A DNA stretch of 64,000 bases from an uncultured Phocaeicola sp. (GTDB taxonomy: Bacteria; Bacteroidota; Bacteroidia; Bacteroidales; Bacteroidaceae), in contig CANPVZ010000011.1 in the NCBI GenBank assembly GCA_947581855.1, positions 11,918-75,917 on the forward strand, written 5' to 3'. The number at the start of each line of letters is the position of its first letter. Positions within the stretch are counted from its first letter, which is position 1. Positions 46,252 through 57,094 of this stretch are shown here, piece by piece. A model generated the notes under the pieces. The model did not search any database and was not told the origin of the DNA. It was given only the letters and a program-made list of their open reading frames with translations. The position numbers and the translations under genes were made by a program.

Positions 46252-47784
46252 ATGGAAAGAGAAGAACTATACAAGCAGCTTGAGGAAAAGAACCATTCAG
46301 CAGAATTGGGTGGTGGGTTAGACCGCATACAGAAACAGCACGAAGCCGGCAAGATGACAGCCCGTGAACGCATTGAAATGTTACTCGATAAAGGAACGTT
46401 TGTAGAAATGGATAAACTGGCGGTGCATCGTTGTACAAACTTTGGGATGGATAAGAATCATATTCCGGGTGACGGTGTGGTTTCCGGTTATGGAAAAATC
46501 AATGGTCGCCAGGTATTTGTTTATGCATATGATTTTACCGTATACGGCGGTACGTTGAGTGCTGTGAATGCGCAAAAGATTGTAAAAGTACAGAGCTTGG
46601 CCTTGAAGAACGGTGCGCCTGTTATTGCGTTAAACGATTCGGGAGGCGCACGTATTCAGGAAGGAGTGGAAAGTCTTACCGGTTATGCGTCTATTTTCTA
46701 TCAGAATACCATCGCATCAGGTGTCATTCCTCAAATATCTGCCATATTAGGTCCTTGTGCTGGCGGTGCTTGTTATTCTCCGGCTCTTACCGATTTCATT
46801 TTTATGGTAAAAGAGAACAGCCACATGTTTGTTACCGGACCGGATGTAGTAAAGACCGTTACGCACGAAGAGGTAGACAAAGAAGAATTGGGCGGTGCCT
46901 ACACCCATAGCAGCAAAAGTGGGGTAACTCATTTTCTAGGCAATTCGGAAGAAGAAGTACTGATGGGAATCCGTGAACTGTTGGGCTTCCTGCCTTCCAA
47001 CAATATGGAGGATGCACCTACAGGCCCTTGCACGGATGATGTAAATCGGGAAGAGGAATCGTTGCAAACTGTGGTTCCTGTCGACCCGAATGTACCCTAT
47101 GATATGAAGAACATCATAGAGCCTGTGCTCGATGACCATTATTTCTTTGAGGTAATGCCGCATTTTGCTAAAAATGCCTTGATAGGCTTTGGCCGTCTCG
47201 GAGGCAAGTCGGTCGGTATTGTGGCTAATCAGCCGGCTTTTTTAGCGGGTGTGCTGGACATTGATGCTTCTGATAAGATAGCTCGTTTCATTCGTTTCTG
47301 CGATTGTTTCAACATTCCCATTGTGACGTTTGAGGATGTTCCCGGTTTCCTGCCGGGCTGTACACAGGAGCATAATGGCATTATTCGTCATGGGGCGAAG
47401 ATTGTGTATGCGTATGCCGAGGCTACAGTACCCAAGGTGACGTTGATTACCCGTAAGGCATACGGCGGTGCCTACATTGTGATGTCTAGTAAACAGACCG
47501 GTTCCGATATCAACCTGGCTTATCCTACAGCTGAAATTGCCGTGATGGGAGCCGAGGGAGCGGTGAATATCCTTTATCGTAAAGCAGATGAAGAGACGAA
47601 AAAGAAAGCTATCGAAGAGTATAGGGAAAACTTCGCCAATCCATACCGTGTGGCCGAACTGGGTTATATTGACGAAATCATCCTTCCCAAGCAGACACGC
47701 CGGAAACTAATTCAGGCGTTGGATATGGCGCATAATAAAATGAAAACGCTGCCGCCAAAGAAACATGGTAATATGCCGTTGTGA
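46252..47784 (+). CDS. Acyl-CoA carboxylase carboxyltransferase beta subunit (PccB/MmdA-like)
   Basis: GKMTARERI, DSGGARIQEG, DVPGFLPG, PPKKHGNMPL. Confidence 0.92.
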   Translation: MEREELYKQLEEKNHSAELGGGLDRIQKQHEAGKMTARERIEMLLDKGTFVEMDKLAVHRCTNFGMDKNHIPGDGVVSGYGKINGRQVFVYAYDFTVYGGTLSAVNAQKIVKVQSLALKNGAPVIALNDSGGARIQEGVESLTGYASIFYQNTIASGVIPQISAILGPCAGGACYSPALTDFIFMVKENSHMFVTGPDVVKTVTHEEVDKEELGGAYTHSSKSGVTHFLGNSEEEVLMGIRELLGFLPSNNMEDAPTGPCTDDVNREEESLQTVVPVDPNVPYDMKNIIEPVLDDHYFFEVMPHFAKNALIGFGRLGGKSVGIVANQPAFLAGVLDIDASDKIARFIRFCDCFNIPIVTFEDVPGFLPGCTQEHNGIIRHGAKIVYAYAEATVPKVTLITRKAYGGAYIVMSSKQTGSDINLAYPTAEIAVMGAEGAVNILYRKADEETKKKAIEEYRENFANPYRVAELGYIDEIILPKQTRRKLIQALDMAHNKMKTLPPKKHGNMPL

Positions 47785-47807
47785 TTTTTATTTGTGTGAG
47801 TTATAGG

Positions 47808-47849
47808 AAGAATCTCTGGAAATGTTATTTTACCAGAGATTCTTTTTTT
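47808..47849 (+). terminator. Intrinsic terminator
   Basis: AAGAATCTCTGG...CCAGAGATTCTT plus T-run. Confidence 0.82.
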
Positions 47850-47895
47850 ATTGTCATCAAATCTCTATCTTTGTCAAATACAGGACTCCGTTTTT

Positions 47896-48411
47896 ATGAT
47901 TGTAGGACTACATAACAAATTCAAAGAGAAAGCAATAGAGACGTTTCAAGAACATTTTGAACATCTCGTATTGTATGTGAATTCATTTGTGGATTCTATT
48001 CAGACTGCAGAGGATATTGTTCAGGATTTGTTTCTGAAATTATGGGAAAAGGATCGATTTATCGATTGTAAACCAGCTTTTCTATATATATGCGCGAAAA
48101 ATGCTGCCTTGAATTATTTACGTACTCGGAAGTTGGAATCTTTTTTGGCTGAATCGATAGATTTGTTTGATATGGAAGATGATAATGAAGCTGAACGGGA
48201 TTATATGGATAAATTAGAAAGAATTTATGAGGCAGTAGAATCTTTGCCTCCCCAATGTCGAGAAGTATTAAAGAAAATTTATTTTGAAGAAAAAAGTTAT
48301 GCGCAAGTAGCAGAAGAAATGCATCTTTCCCTTAATACCATAAAAACTCATATTTATTTGGCTATTAAAACTCTTCGGCAGAATTTTGTTTATGTGTTTG
48401 TAGTGCTTTGA
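47896..48411 (+). CDS. ECF sigma-70 factor
   Basis: AEDIVQDLFLKLWE, KNAALNYLR, LPPQCR, SYAQVAEEMHLSLNTIKTH; ATG 47896. Confidence 0.9.
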   Translation: MIVGLHNKFKEKAIETFQEHFEHLVLYVNSFVDSIQTAEDIVQDLFLKLWEKDRFIDCKPAFLYICAKNAALNYLRTRKLESFLAESIDLFDMEDDNEAERDYMDKLERIYEAVESLPPQCREVLKKIYFEEKSYAQVAEEMHLSLNTIKTHIYLAIKTLRQNFVYVFVVL

Positions 48412-48592
48412 GTTTCTCCTTTTCTATTTCCTCCATTTCGTTTTCTCTTTTCTATTTTACACTCTTTTGGCTGCTTTATCGGTGCAGAATGAGAAAAGTT
48501 TGTGAACATTGAGATACATTTCTGAAAAAAAGATTGTTTTCTCTTCACGACTTTTTGCCTTTTTTGTGTTATATCAATAAAGCACGGCAAAG

Positions 48593-49735
48593 ATGGAGAA
48601 AAGTAAAGACCCTATAGAGGCACGGAATGAGGTAGCGGAAAAGAATCCGAAACTCGCTTCCGTATGGGATGAATTAGCTCAATCGAAGAAACTCAGAAAA
48701 GATTTACAGCTTTTATATACATTAAAAGGACGTAAACAAAAAAACTTGGACCGTTTCATACGAAACCTGGAAGACCGTTCGCAAAAGAGACGTAGGTTTT
48801 ATTATACCGTGGCGGCTATGACTCTATTGTTGATAGGTTTAAGTGCAACATTCCACTTCATGCAGAGGGAAGAACTGCAATCGCCGTCAGAGCCGAAGGT
48901 GCTGATACCCGAGGTGTATTACAATATCTCATTGAAACTCTCTACGGGCGAACACTATCTACTGGCTGACTCCCGTTATTCTCTCTTCGAATCGAATGGT
49001 ATTAATATTGTGACCTCTCCGGAAGGAAAAATCGAATATGATGATTGGGCGTTTTCCGACTCCTTGTCGGAGAAAGTGTTGTACAACGAACTGGTTGTTC
49101 CGCGTGGGCGGGAGTGTGAAATTACCCTTTCGGATGGAACTAAGATTTATTTGAATTCCCAGTCGAAACTGACTTATCCGGTGTCTTTTAAAGGAAAAAA
49201 GGTACGTGAGGTGTATATGGAGGGAGAGGCTTATCTGCAAGTGGAGCCCAACCCTTCGTGCCCTTTCATTGTCAAGTCGTCGCGGTTGCAGGCCAAAGTG
49301 CTGGGTACCTCCTTCAATGTCAAGGACTATCCGGATGAGCAGACGTTCGGTGTAGTGTTGGTGGAAGGCAAGCTGCAAGTCAACCATGAGTCGGGCGACC
49401 AAATCCTCTTGTCCCCCGGTGAAGAAGTCTATGGGGATGAGGACTCCGGTACTTTCGGTAAAAGGAGAGGAGCCGATATTGAAGGTAGCACGGCATGGAT
49501 GCATGAGTTGCTCTATTTTAATAACCGCACTTTGGAAGATATAGCCAAAGATCTGGAACGGCGGTATGACATCACCGTCCGGTTCGATTCGCCGGAAACA
49601 GCCCGCTATTCATTTCTTGTCAAAGCTCAAAAATTCAGCCGTATAGAATACGTGTTGGAACTATTACGCCTCACCCGCAAAGTGGACTATTCTGTGGAAG
49701 GGCGTACAGTGACCATCTCCTCGCAACGGGAGTAA
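48593..49735 (+). CDS. FecR-family anti-sigma factor
   Basis: TM, LSDGTKIYLNSQSKL, GEAY, VLGTSFNV, LERRYDI. Confidence 0.92.
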   Translation: MEKSKDPIEARNEVAEKNPKLASVWDELAQSKKLRKDLQLLYTLKGRKQKNLDRFIRNLEDRSQKRRRFYYTVAAMTLLLIGLSATFHFMQREELQSPSEPKVLIPEVYYNISLKLSTGEHYLLADSRYSLFESNGINIVTSPEGKIEYDDWAFSDSLSEKVLYNELVVPRGRECEITLSDGTKIYLNSQSKLTYPVSFKGKKVREVYMEGEAYLQVEPNPSCPFIVKSSRLQAKVLGTSFNVKDYPDEQTFGVVLVEGKLQVNHESGDQILLSPGEEVYGDEDSGTFGKRRGADIEGSTAWMHELLYFNNRTLEDIAKDLERRYDITVRFDSPETARYSFLVKAQKFSRIEYVLELLRLTRKVDYSVEGRTVTISSQRE

Positions 49736-49791
49736 TCGGTTTGCTACACATTAACTATATATAAACATTTTAAATTTTAAAGAGAGAATTT

Positions 49792-52700
49792 ATGAAAGTA
49801 AACTTAAATTGGTTCGGCAGCAGGACTGTCGATGCGCTATTGAAGCCCTTAGGGTTATGGGCGTTGCTGCTTCTGCTCTTTACGAACGTCGCTCTCGGGG
49901 CGGAGTTGGATGACAAGAAGATCAGCGTAAACTTGAAGAATGCTACATTGAAAGAGGCTATTTCGGAAATCATGAAATCTTCCGCTTACGGTATCTCGTA
50001 CAGTGTGGACGAAGTGGATAAGATTCATGATGTGACCTTACAGATGGAGAACGTGACCGTAGAAGAGGCTTTGTCCTCTTGCCTGTCGAAATATGGGATG
50101 AAATATACTATTAGCAATAATACGGTGGTTATCAGTGCGGTAAAGCAGAATCCTGTGAGAGGAGGTAAAGTAAGAGGCGTCGTTGTAGACGGTAAAGAAA
50201 ACGTGCCGTTGATAGGTGTTAATGTGGCCGTGGTGCAAGGCGGTAAGGTGGTAACGGGTGTAACTACTAACTTGGATGGAGAGTTTGAATTGGATGTTCC
50301 TCAAGGCGCAGGTTTGCGTTTTACTTATGTAGGCTATAAAGAAATAACTATGCAGCCTGATATCCGGAAGAAAATGGAGATTGTGATGTGGGAAGACGCC
50401 AATGCCATGGAGGAAGTGGTGGTGAACGGTTATATCTCTCGTAAAACGGAAGGATTTGCCGGAGCGGTAACGATGATTAAAAAGGAAGATTTGCAAAAGG
50501 TGCATACAGGTAATATCTTTACTACACTGAGTGCTCTTGATGCGGGATTCAGAATCAATGAGAATAATAATGCCGGTTCCAGCCCCAACGCATTGCCCGA
50601 TTTTACCATTCGCGGAAAAGGTTCTTTCCAAGATGGTTCCACTACTCCGCTTTTTATTCTGGACGGATTCGAAGTCTCTGTGGAAACAGTGTACGACATG
50701 GATATCAACCGCATAGAGAGCATAACTCTTTTAAAAGACGCTTCCGCTACCATTCTTTATGGTTCGAGAGCGGCCAACGGCGTGGTGGTGATTGAAACTG
50801 TCGCACCGAAAGCAGGGAAAATTCGGGTCAGCTATGATTTCAAACCGACAATCGCTTTTGTAGACCTGTCGGATTATGATTTGATGAACGCTGCAGAGAA
50901 ACTGGAGTATGAGCGGCTTGCCGGAGTGTATGACCCTACCGGTGATTTAGGTCCCGACTATACAAAACAACGGAACTATTATACTCGGTATAAGAATGTG
51001 AAGGAGGGCGTAGATACTTATTGGCTGAAACAGCCGGTGCGGGATGCTTTCTCGCAGGCTCATTCCTTATATATAGATGGTGGTGCGGAAGAAATGCGCT
51101 ATGGTATTGACGCCATGTATAATCAAACGAATGGTGTGATGAAAGAATCGGGACGTGACCGCTACGGGTTAGGCTTTAAGTTGGTATATCGGATTAAGGA
51201 TAAGATTACCCTCCAGAATTATGCTTCTTATTCGTATACTCATGCTTACAACTCACCGTATGGAAGTTTTTCCCAGTATGCGAAACTGAATCCCTACGAG
51301 CGGATACATGATGAAAAGGGGGAGGTGCTCCCAACGTTACTGACCGGTTTGCCGAATCCGTTGTATGACGCCCAACTGCCGAACCGGGATTTTACGAACT
51401 CGGAATCATTTACGGAGCAGTTGAATATAGACTGGAATATTATGGAGGGATTGAGACTTAGAGGACAATTCAGTTTTACGAAAGGCAATTCGGAAGGTGA
51501 AACCTATGTCTCTCCATTCTCTTCGCAGTATATGTACGATTCTAATGGACGCATCTCAGTAACGCCTGTTGAAAAACGGGGCTCCCTTTCGGTGTCGAAC
51601 GGAAAATCGATGAATCTTACCGGAAACATGACCTTGAATTATAATAAGATGCTTGCAGATAAACATCTGCTGTATATAAGTGTCGGAGGCGAGATGTCGC
51701 AGTCGAAAAACGAGTCGAGGGGATTCTCGGCTACAGGTTTTGCTGATGATCGTTATTCCGATCCGGCATTTGCCATCCAATATAAGGAAGATTCCAAACC
51801 ACGCAGTAGTGAGAGCTTGAGTCGCTCGGCAGGGTTCTTTGCCAATGTCAATTATATCTATGATAACCGCTTCTTTGCTGATTTGTCTGGGCGTTATGAT
51901 GGGTCTTCCCAGTTTGGCTCAAATAAAAAATGGGCTCCGTTTTGGTCGGCCGGAGCCGGATGGAATGTGCATAACGAACATTTCTGGTCGAAGAATTCTG
52001 TATTGAACCTGTTAAAGATCCGTTTTTCCTATGGTTTGACCGGTAATCAGGAGTTCAGTGCATACCAAGCGAAGACGATGTATAATTATAATACCGACAG
52101 GCTATATAACACGCTTATTACATCCACGTTGATGGGGTATGGAAACCCTAATTTGAAATGGCAGACCCAATACCAGACAAATGTCGGTTTCGATTTGGGC
52201 TTGTGGAAAAACCGTTTGAAGGTAGTGTTCAATTACTATCATAAACTGACCGATGGCATGCTTACGAATGTAACAGTTGCTCCTTCAATAGGGCTTTCCG
52301 GAAATGCTTTTACCAGTAATTTAGGCGAGATTGAAAATAAAGGATATGAAGTAACAGTGAATGGGGCGATTATTCAAGATACGAAAAATGATATGGAATG
52401 GAGACTATGGGTACAGGCTTCGAATAATAAAAACGTGTTGAAGAAGATTTCCAATCAAATGAAAGGAATCAATGCCGCCAATAATCTTGAGAAATTCATT
52501 CCCGGTGCTGTATATGAAGAAGGCCAGTCTATGACTGCCATTAAAGCGGTTCAGTCGTTGGGTATAGACCCGGCAACAGGACAGGAGATATTTGTGAAGA
52601 AAAACGGCACCTTAACGTATGAATGGAATGCGGATGACAAAGTTTTGTGTGGGGATGAGGAACCTACATTATATGGTAATATAGGAACGAACATCTATTG

Positions 52701-53112
52701 GAAAGGCTGGAATCTGAATGCTATCTTTAAATACAGTGTGGGCGGGGATGTGTATAATGAGACACTAGCTTTAAGAGTAGAGGGAGCAGACCCTTCTTAC
52801 AATGCAGACCGGCGTGTGCTGAATGACCGTTGGAAGAATCCGGGTGACCATGCGCTATATAAGAATATCAGGGATTATAATACAAATTATATATCGAGCC
52901 GATTTATACAGCGTGAGAATTACATACGCTTTACGAGTGTGTCGCTCTCTTATGATTTCCCTCGGTCGAGACTTTCCGAATGGAGGCTGAGCGCATTGCG
53001 TTTGAGCTTTTATGCCAACGATTTATTTAATGTTTCTACCATTAAAGAGGAGCGCGGATTGGATTATCCTTTCGAGAGGAGCTATGTATTTGGATTGACT
53101 ATCGGTTTGTAA
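49792..53112 (+). CDS. SusC/RagA TonB-dependent transporter with N-terminal STN signalling domain
   Basis: STN, carboxypeptidase-like domain, LKDASATILYGSRAANGVVVIET plug, RYDGSSQFG, GNPNLKWQ. Confidence 0.95.
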   Translation: MKVNLNWFGSRTVDALLKPLGLWALLLLLFTNVALGAELDDKKISVNLKNATLKEAISEIMKSSAYGISYSVDEVDKIHDVTLQMENVTVEEALSSCLSKYGMKYTISNNTVVISAVKQNPVRGGKVRGVVVDGKENVPLIGVNVAVVQGGKVVTGVTTNLDGEFELDVPQGAGLRFTYVGYKEITMQPDIRKKMEIVMWEDANAMEEVVVNGYISRKTEGFAGAVTMIKKEDLQKVHTGNIFTTLSALDAGFRINENNNAGSSPNALPDFTIRGKGSFQDGSTTPLFILDGFEVSVETVYDMDINRIESITLLKDASATILYGSRAANGVVVIETVAPKAGKIRVSYDFKPTIAFVDLSDYDLMNAAEKLEYERLAGVYDPTGDLGPDYTKQRNYYTRYKNVKEGVDTYWLKQPVRDAFSQAHSLYIDGGAEEMRYGIDAMYNQTNGVMKESGRDRYGLGFKLVYRIKDKITLQNYASYSYTHAYNSPYGSFSQYAKLNPYERIHDEKGEVLPTLLTGLPNPLYDAQLPNRDFTNSESFTEQLNIDWNIMEGLRLRGQFSFTKGNSEGETYVSPFSSQYMYDSNGRISVTPVEKRGSLSVSNGKSMNLTGNMTLNYNKMLADKHLLYISVGGEMSQSKNESRGFSATGFADDRYSDPAFAIQYKEDSKPRSSESLSRSAGFFANVNYIYDNRFFADLSGRYDGSSQFGSNKKWAPFWSAGAGWNVHNEHFWSKNSVLNLLKIRFSYGLTGNQEFSAYQAKTMYNYNTDRLYNTLITSTLMGYGNPNLKWQTQYQTNVGFDLGLWKNRLKVVFNYYHKLTDGMLTNVTVAPSIGLSGNAFTSNLGEIENKGYEVTVNGAIIQDTKNDMEWRLWVQASNNKNVLKKISNQMKGINAANNLEKFIPGAVYEEGQSMTAIKAVQSLGIDPATGQEIFVKKNGTLTYEWNADDKVLCGDEEPTLYGNIGTNIYWKGWNLNAIFKYSVGGDVYNETLALRVEGADPSYNADRRVLNDRWKNPGDHALYKNIRDYNTNYISSRFIQRENYIRFTSVSLSYDFPRSRLSEWRLSALRLSFYANDLFNVSTIKEERGLDYPFERSYVFGLTIGL

Positions 53113-53125
53113 TAAAATAAGGAAT

Positions 53126-54661
53126 ATGAGTACAATAAAAAATAAATTAATTGGAATTGCTGTGGTTGTCGGGGTATGCTGCTCATCGTGCAACAGCTGG
53201 CTGGATGTGACACCGCAGGGACAGGTAGAAGCTGAAGAACTGTATGAAACAGCGAAAGGATGTAACTCTGCCTTGGGAGGTATTTATTATATTTTGACAT
53301 CATCTACTCTTTACGGGCAAAATTTGTCTTTTGGAATGATGGATGCGTTGGCGCAATATTACGAGCCCGTTGTTTCAACAAATACCAATCATACCTATTA
53401 TGAGTTGAGCCTTTATAATTTTGACTACGCTTCGAACGTTTCGAGGTTCAATAGTGTTTGGAGTTCCATGTATCAGGCAATAACGGAGTGTAATGCATTT
53501 ATTCATTATCTGGAGCCGAACGCATCCCGTATAGAGTATGCCGATTTAATGCTGGGCGAGGCTTATGCATTGCGTGCGTTCATCCACATGGAATTATTCG
53601 AGATGTTCGGGCCTGTAGTGAGAACAAAATCTGATTTGCAAAAAAAAGCGATAGCTTACCGTAATGAATTTGACGTTACGGCTCGTTTGTTCAATACGGG
53701 CGATGAAGTACTGGATTATGCGGAGACCGATTTGCAGAAAGCATTGGAATTGCTGAAAGGTGACCCGATAAAAAGTTATGGGCGCAGGGGAGACGCTAAT
53801 GAGTCGTTACTGGATTATTATGAGGTGCTGAACTATCGTGGTGGTCGCATGAACTATTTTTGCGCATTGGGTCTGCTCTCCCGATTGGAAATGTTGCGTT
53901 TGAATAAAGATGAGGCTTACAGTTATGCTTTGCGTGTGATAGAGGAGGCGAAGAATGTGATTTCTCTAATAGATAAGCGTGGAATAGAAACTACTTCGGA
54001 GATGGGCAAGGATTTGAATTACAGTACAGAGATGTTGGGTGCCTTTTATGTCAATGATATGTATACGTTGACAAATGCTATCTTCCGTATGGAAGGCGAT
54101 CCTGCGGGAACCAATTATGCTACTCCTATAACGACAAATTCGTATGAACAGATAATGACGGACATCTACGGTCGGGATCCGGATGGATCCGGCACGGATA
54201 ATCGTTTCCGGTATTGGTTTGAACGGCAAAATTCAGAGTCTGAAGAGGTCTATTACAATTTTAAGAAACTAAAAAAGGCTTATGATGGCGGAGCCTCTTC
54301 GCTGGGCTATTATCCGGAGATACCAATCATGCGTATGTCGGAGATTTATTACATCGCTTGTGAGTCGCAAATCGGGAAAAATAATGAATTGGCGTTAGGC
54401 TATTTGAACGATGTACGTCGTACCCGTAACTTGCCGGACATAGAAGGTCCGTTGGATGATGCGGTAATAAAGGAGTATTTAGTGCGTGATGCCCGGAAAG
54501 ATTTTATTGGAGAAGGACGTATGTTTTTAATGTATAAGCGTATGTTCTATGAGATATATGTGAAAGACGGCAAAATAATAGCTCCGGCCGAATCTCATTT
54601 TGTATTTCCTATACCGGATGATGAATATGAGTATACGGACAATGTGAAACCTGAAAACTAA
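53126..54661 (+). CDS. SusD/RagB lipoprotein
   Basis: Lipobox SSCNSWLDVTP, GEAYALRAFIH, RMSEIYYI, FIGEG, FPIP. Confidence 0.93.
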   Translation: MSTIKNKLIGIAVVVGVCCSSCNSWLDVTPQGQVEAEELYETAKGCNSALGGIYYILTSSTLYGQNLSFGMMDALAQYYEPVVSTNTNHTYYELSLYNFDYASNVSRFNSVWSSMYQAITECNAFIHYLEPNASRIEYADLMLGEAYALRAFIHMELFEMFGPVVRTKSDLQKKAIAYRNEFDVTARLFNTGDEVLDYAETDLQKALELLKGDPIKSYGRRGDANESLLDYYEVLNYRGGRMNYFCALGLLSRLEMLRLNKDEAYSYALRVIEEAKNVISLIDKRGIETTSEMGKDLNYSTEMLGAFYVNDMYTLTNAIFRMEGDPAGTNYATPITTNSYEQIMTDIYGRDPDGSGTDNRFRYWFERQNSESEEVYYNFKKLKKAYDGGASSLGYYPEIPIMRMSEIYYIACESQIGKNNELALGYLNDVRRTRNLPDIEGPLDDAVIKEYLVRDARKDFIGEGRMFLMYKRMFYEIYVKDGKIIAPAESHFVFPIPDDEYEYTDNVKPEN

Positions 54662-54670
54662 CGTTAAAAA

Positions 54671-55480
54671 ATGAAGTTTATGAATAGAATAGATTATTGG
54701 GGAGGATGTCTGCTTGGAACAATGCTTTTATTTGTTTCCTGCGATAAGGATATTGATAGCTTTGAGGAGCAAAACCATTTTGTTTATTTTGATATGCCTT
54801 ATATGTTGGATGAATATGGAAGAAAAACCACTCAAAGGGCGGATTCCATTTCTTATTCTTTTGAGTTGGATGATATTTCAGTTACCTCTTATACATTTAA
54901 GATACCTGTCAACGCCATCAGTTTGGCTGCAGATAAGGACAGGAAGTATAAAGTGGAAGTGGTAGCTGATGAAACGACGGCCACAGATTCCGACTGGGAT
55001 AAAACTAGCATAGCCAATACCGTGTTGAAAGCCGGTGAAGTTTTTGATACATTGAATGTAAAAGTGTTCCGTACGGAAAGCCTGCGGACCGAGTGGAAAC
55101 ATATTACATTCCGGATTGTGGAGAACGAAGAATTTGGTGTTGGATATAATAATCTGCTGAAAGCGAAGATTTCGTTCAGTGATCAGCTTGAGGTTCCGGA
55201 GTGGTGGCCTAACTGGCAACGTTATTTTGGAGATTTCTGCAGAGAAAAATATTTAAAGTGGAGGGAAATTTATTATTTGGGAGCGGATCCGAATAAGGAA
55301 CAATGGGGACCGAATACTGGGAAACCTTTGTATTGGGGAAATATGCCTTATTATTATAGGTATCCTTCATGGTACCCTACAACCTTTATGTTTGTGAAAG
55401 TATTGAAACAGTATTTTATAGACAATGAAGTTTATCCGGATGGAGATACTTCGAAGCCTCGTGTAACAATACCTTATTAA
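54671..55480 (+). CDS. DUF4843-like lipoprotein
   Basis: Lipobox VSCDKD, VYF..., P.WW....YFG.F...K pattern after SusD. Confidence 0.75.
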   Translation: MKFMNRIDYWGGCLLGTMLLFVSCDKDIDSFEEQNHFVYFDMPYMLDEYGRKTTQRADSISYSFELDDISVTSYTFKIPVNAISLAADKDRKYKVEVVADETTATDSDWDKTSIANTVLKAGEVFDTLNVKVFRTESLRTEWKHITFRIVENEEFGVGYNNLLKAKISFSDQLEVPEWWPNWQRYFGDFCREKYLKWREIYYLGADPNKEQWGPNTGKPLYWGNMPYYYRYPSWYPTTFMFVKVLKQYFIDNEVYPDGDTSKPRVTIPY

Positions 55481-55497
55481 TAATTAATTTAAAAGAC

Positions 55498-56991
55498 ATG
55501 GTTATGAATAAATATATGTTATGCAGCCTTTTTTCTGCCGCAGTAATATTTTTGACAAATTGTTCGGAAGATAAGGGCAATTATGATTACGATGCAATCG
55601 ATGATGTGACGATTACGTTGCCAGCTTCTTACTATAATGTCGTTTCGGGAGGCCGATTGAAAATAACGCCGGTTTTGACTCACCTGTTAGAGGAGAAGAA
55701 GGGGGAATTGTCTTATTTGTGGGAGGTGGATGGCACGGCTATTTCCACTGATTTGAATCTGGATGTATTGTTGCCGGCAATGAGCTATGGATCGAAAGTA
55801 TGTGCTCTGACTGTTACAGATAATACTACTGGTATGAAGTTTATTAAGACCTTTAGTTTGGAGGTAGTCGGTGAGATAAGCGTTGGGTATTATTTCTTAA
55901 CTGAGGATGATTCTCAAAATACGATTCTGTCTTATTTGCCGATAGCGACAGAAGAGAATCCAGATCCGGAGATTATTCAGACAAAAGCCTGTGGTGGTGC
56001 TTTATTTAGTGCATCACCGATTTCTATTACTGGGATATTCGGCGCATCGAATATAGCAGGTTCCGGAATTTGGTCTATTATTATATTGTCGAAAGGAGAA
56101 GGCAACAGGTGTGTGGTGACGGAAGGTAAAACTTTCTTGCCGACAACAATCGTGTCGGAGACAAATTTTGTGGATCAGAATATGGGGTATACATTTAATC
56201 CTGAGTCTTGCATCAATAGTATGCAGGGAGAATTGTACTTTATCAGCAACGGGCAATTTATTCTTTATAAACGCGGATTGCTTTATCGACCTGCTAAGCA
56301 TGAAGCGGATTACTACTGGAGTTATCCGATGGCATCTTGCATGGGATATAGCTTCTTTTATGTGTATGATACTTTGTCTCATAGGTATTATGCAATTAAA
56401 CCGCTGGTAACAAATCCGGAACTGGGTATTGTGGGCGATTCGAATGCGTATGATGATGTGGTGGAAATTGGGGATTCTCCTGATCTTTCCGGACATACTA
56501 TCATTGGAGCTTTTTCTCTTTTACGCAAGGCAAATTTGTTGTGTACTGCAACAACCGAAGGACTTCATTTGCATACATTCTCTAATGTAGGTACCACCTC
56601 TTTTCAGTATGAGGGAGAAACGATGTTACCTGTTTCCGGTGCCGGAGCTGATACGAAAGCGGTGGTTGTGAAAAATTTGGATTGGTACTTTTTTGTTGGT
56701 AATAGAATATATACCTCTCCTATAGATATGCCTAAATTAGCTGATTACGCTACTATTCCGGATGAGTATGGAAGAGTAACATCTGTTTCTGTATCAGGAA
56801 AACAATCCCGTTTAGTTGTAACCACTTATAATGAAAAGAGTAACAGTGAGCTAAAAGGATCTATTTTGTTTATTAATATTGAGACGAAAGAGATAAAGGC
56901 TTATAAAAACGTCATTCATAAATGTGTGAGCTCTTTAAGTGCCAATGATGCGACAAGTGATTGGTATGATATTGGAGGAGACGGATTATAG
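55498..56991 (+). CDS. PKD-like family lipoprotein
   Basis: Lipobox NCSEDKGNYDY, SYLW, LTVTDNTTG. Confidence 0.78.
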   Translation: MVMNKYMLCSLFSAAVIFLTNCSEDKGNYDYDAIDDVTITLPASYYNVVSGGRLKITPVLTHLLEEKKGELSYLWEVDGTAISTDLNLDVLLPAMSYGSKVCALTVTDNTTGMKFIKTFSLEVVGEISVGYYFLTEDDSQNTILSYLPIATEENPDPEIIQTKACGGALFSASPISITGIFGASNIAGSGIWSIIILSKGEGNRCVVTEGKTFLPTTIVSETNFVDQNMGYTFNPESCINSMQGELYFISNGQFILYKRGLLYRPAKHEADYYWSYPMASCMGYSFFYVYDTLSHRYYAIKPLVTNPELGIVGDSNAYDDVVEIGDSPDLSGHTIIGAFSLLRKANLLCTATTEGLHLHTFSNVGTTSFQYEGETMLPVSGAGADTKAVVVKNLDWYFFVGNRIYTSPIDMPKLADYATIPDEYGRVTSVSVSGKQSRLVVTTYNEKSNSELKGSILFINIETKEIKAYKNVIHKCVSSLSANDATSDWYDIGGDGL

Positions 56992-57005
56992 AACCTATAT
57001 CTTGA

Positions 57006-57049
57006 AATCCATTGGAGAATGATATGTTTGTTTTATTCTCCAATGGATT
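57006..57049. terminator. Hairpin terminator after SusCD locus
   Basis: AATCCATTGGAGAAT...ATTCTCCAATGGATT 15-bp stem. Confidence 0.75.
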
Positions 57050-57094
57050 ATTTATGTATTAAAACCGAGTGTAAACATTGTAATGATTGAAATC

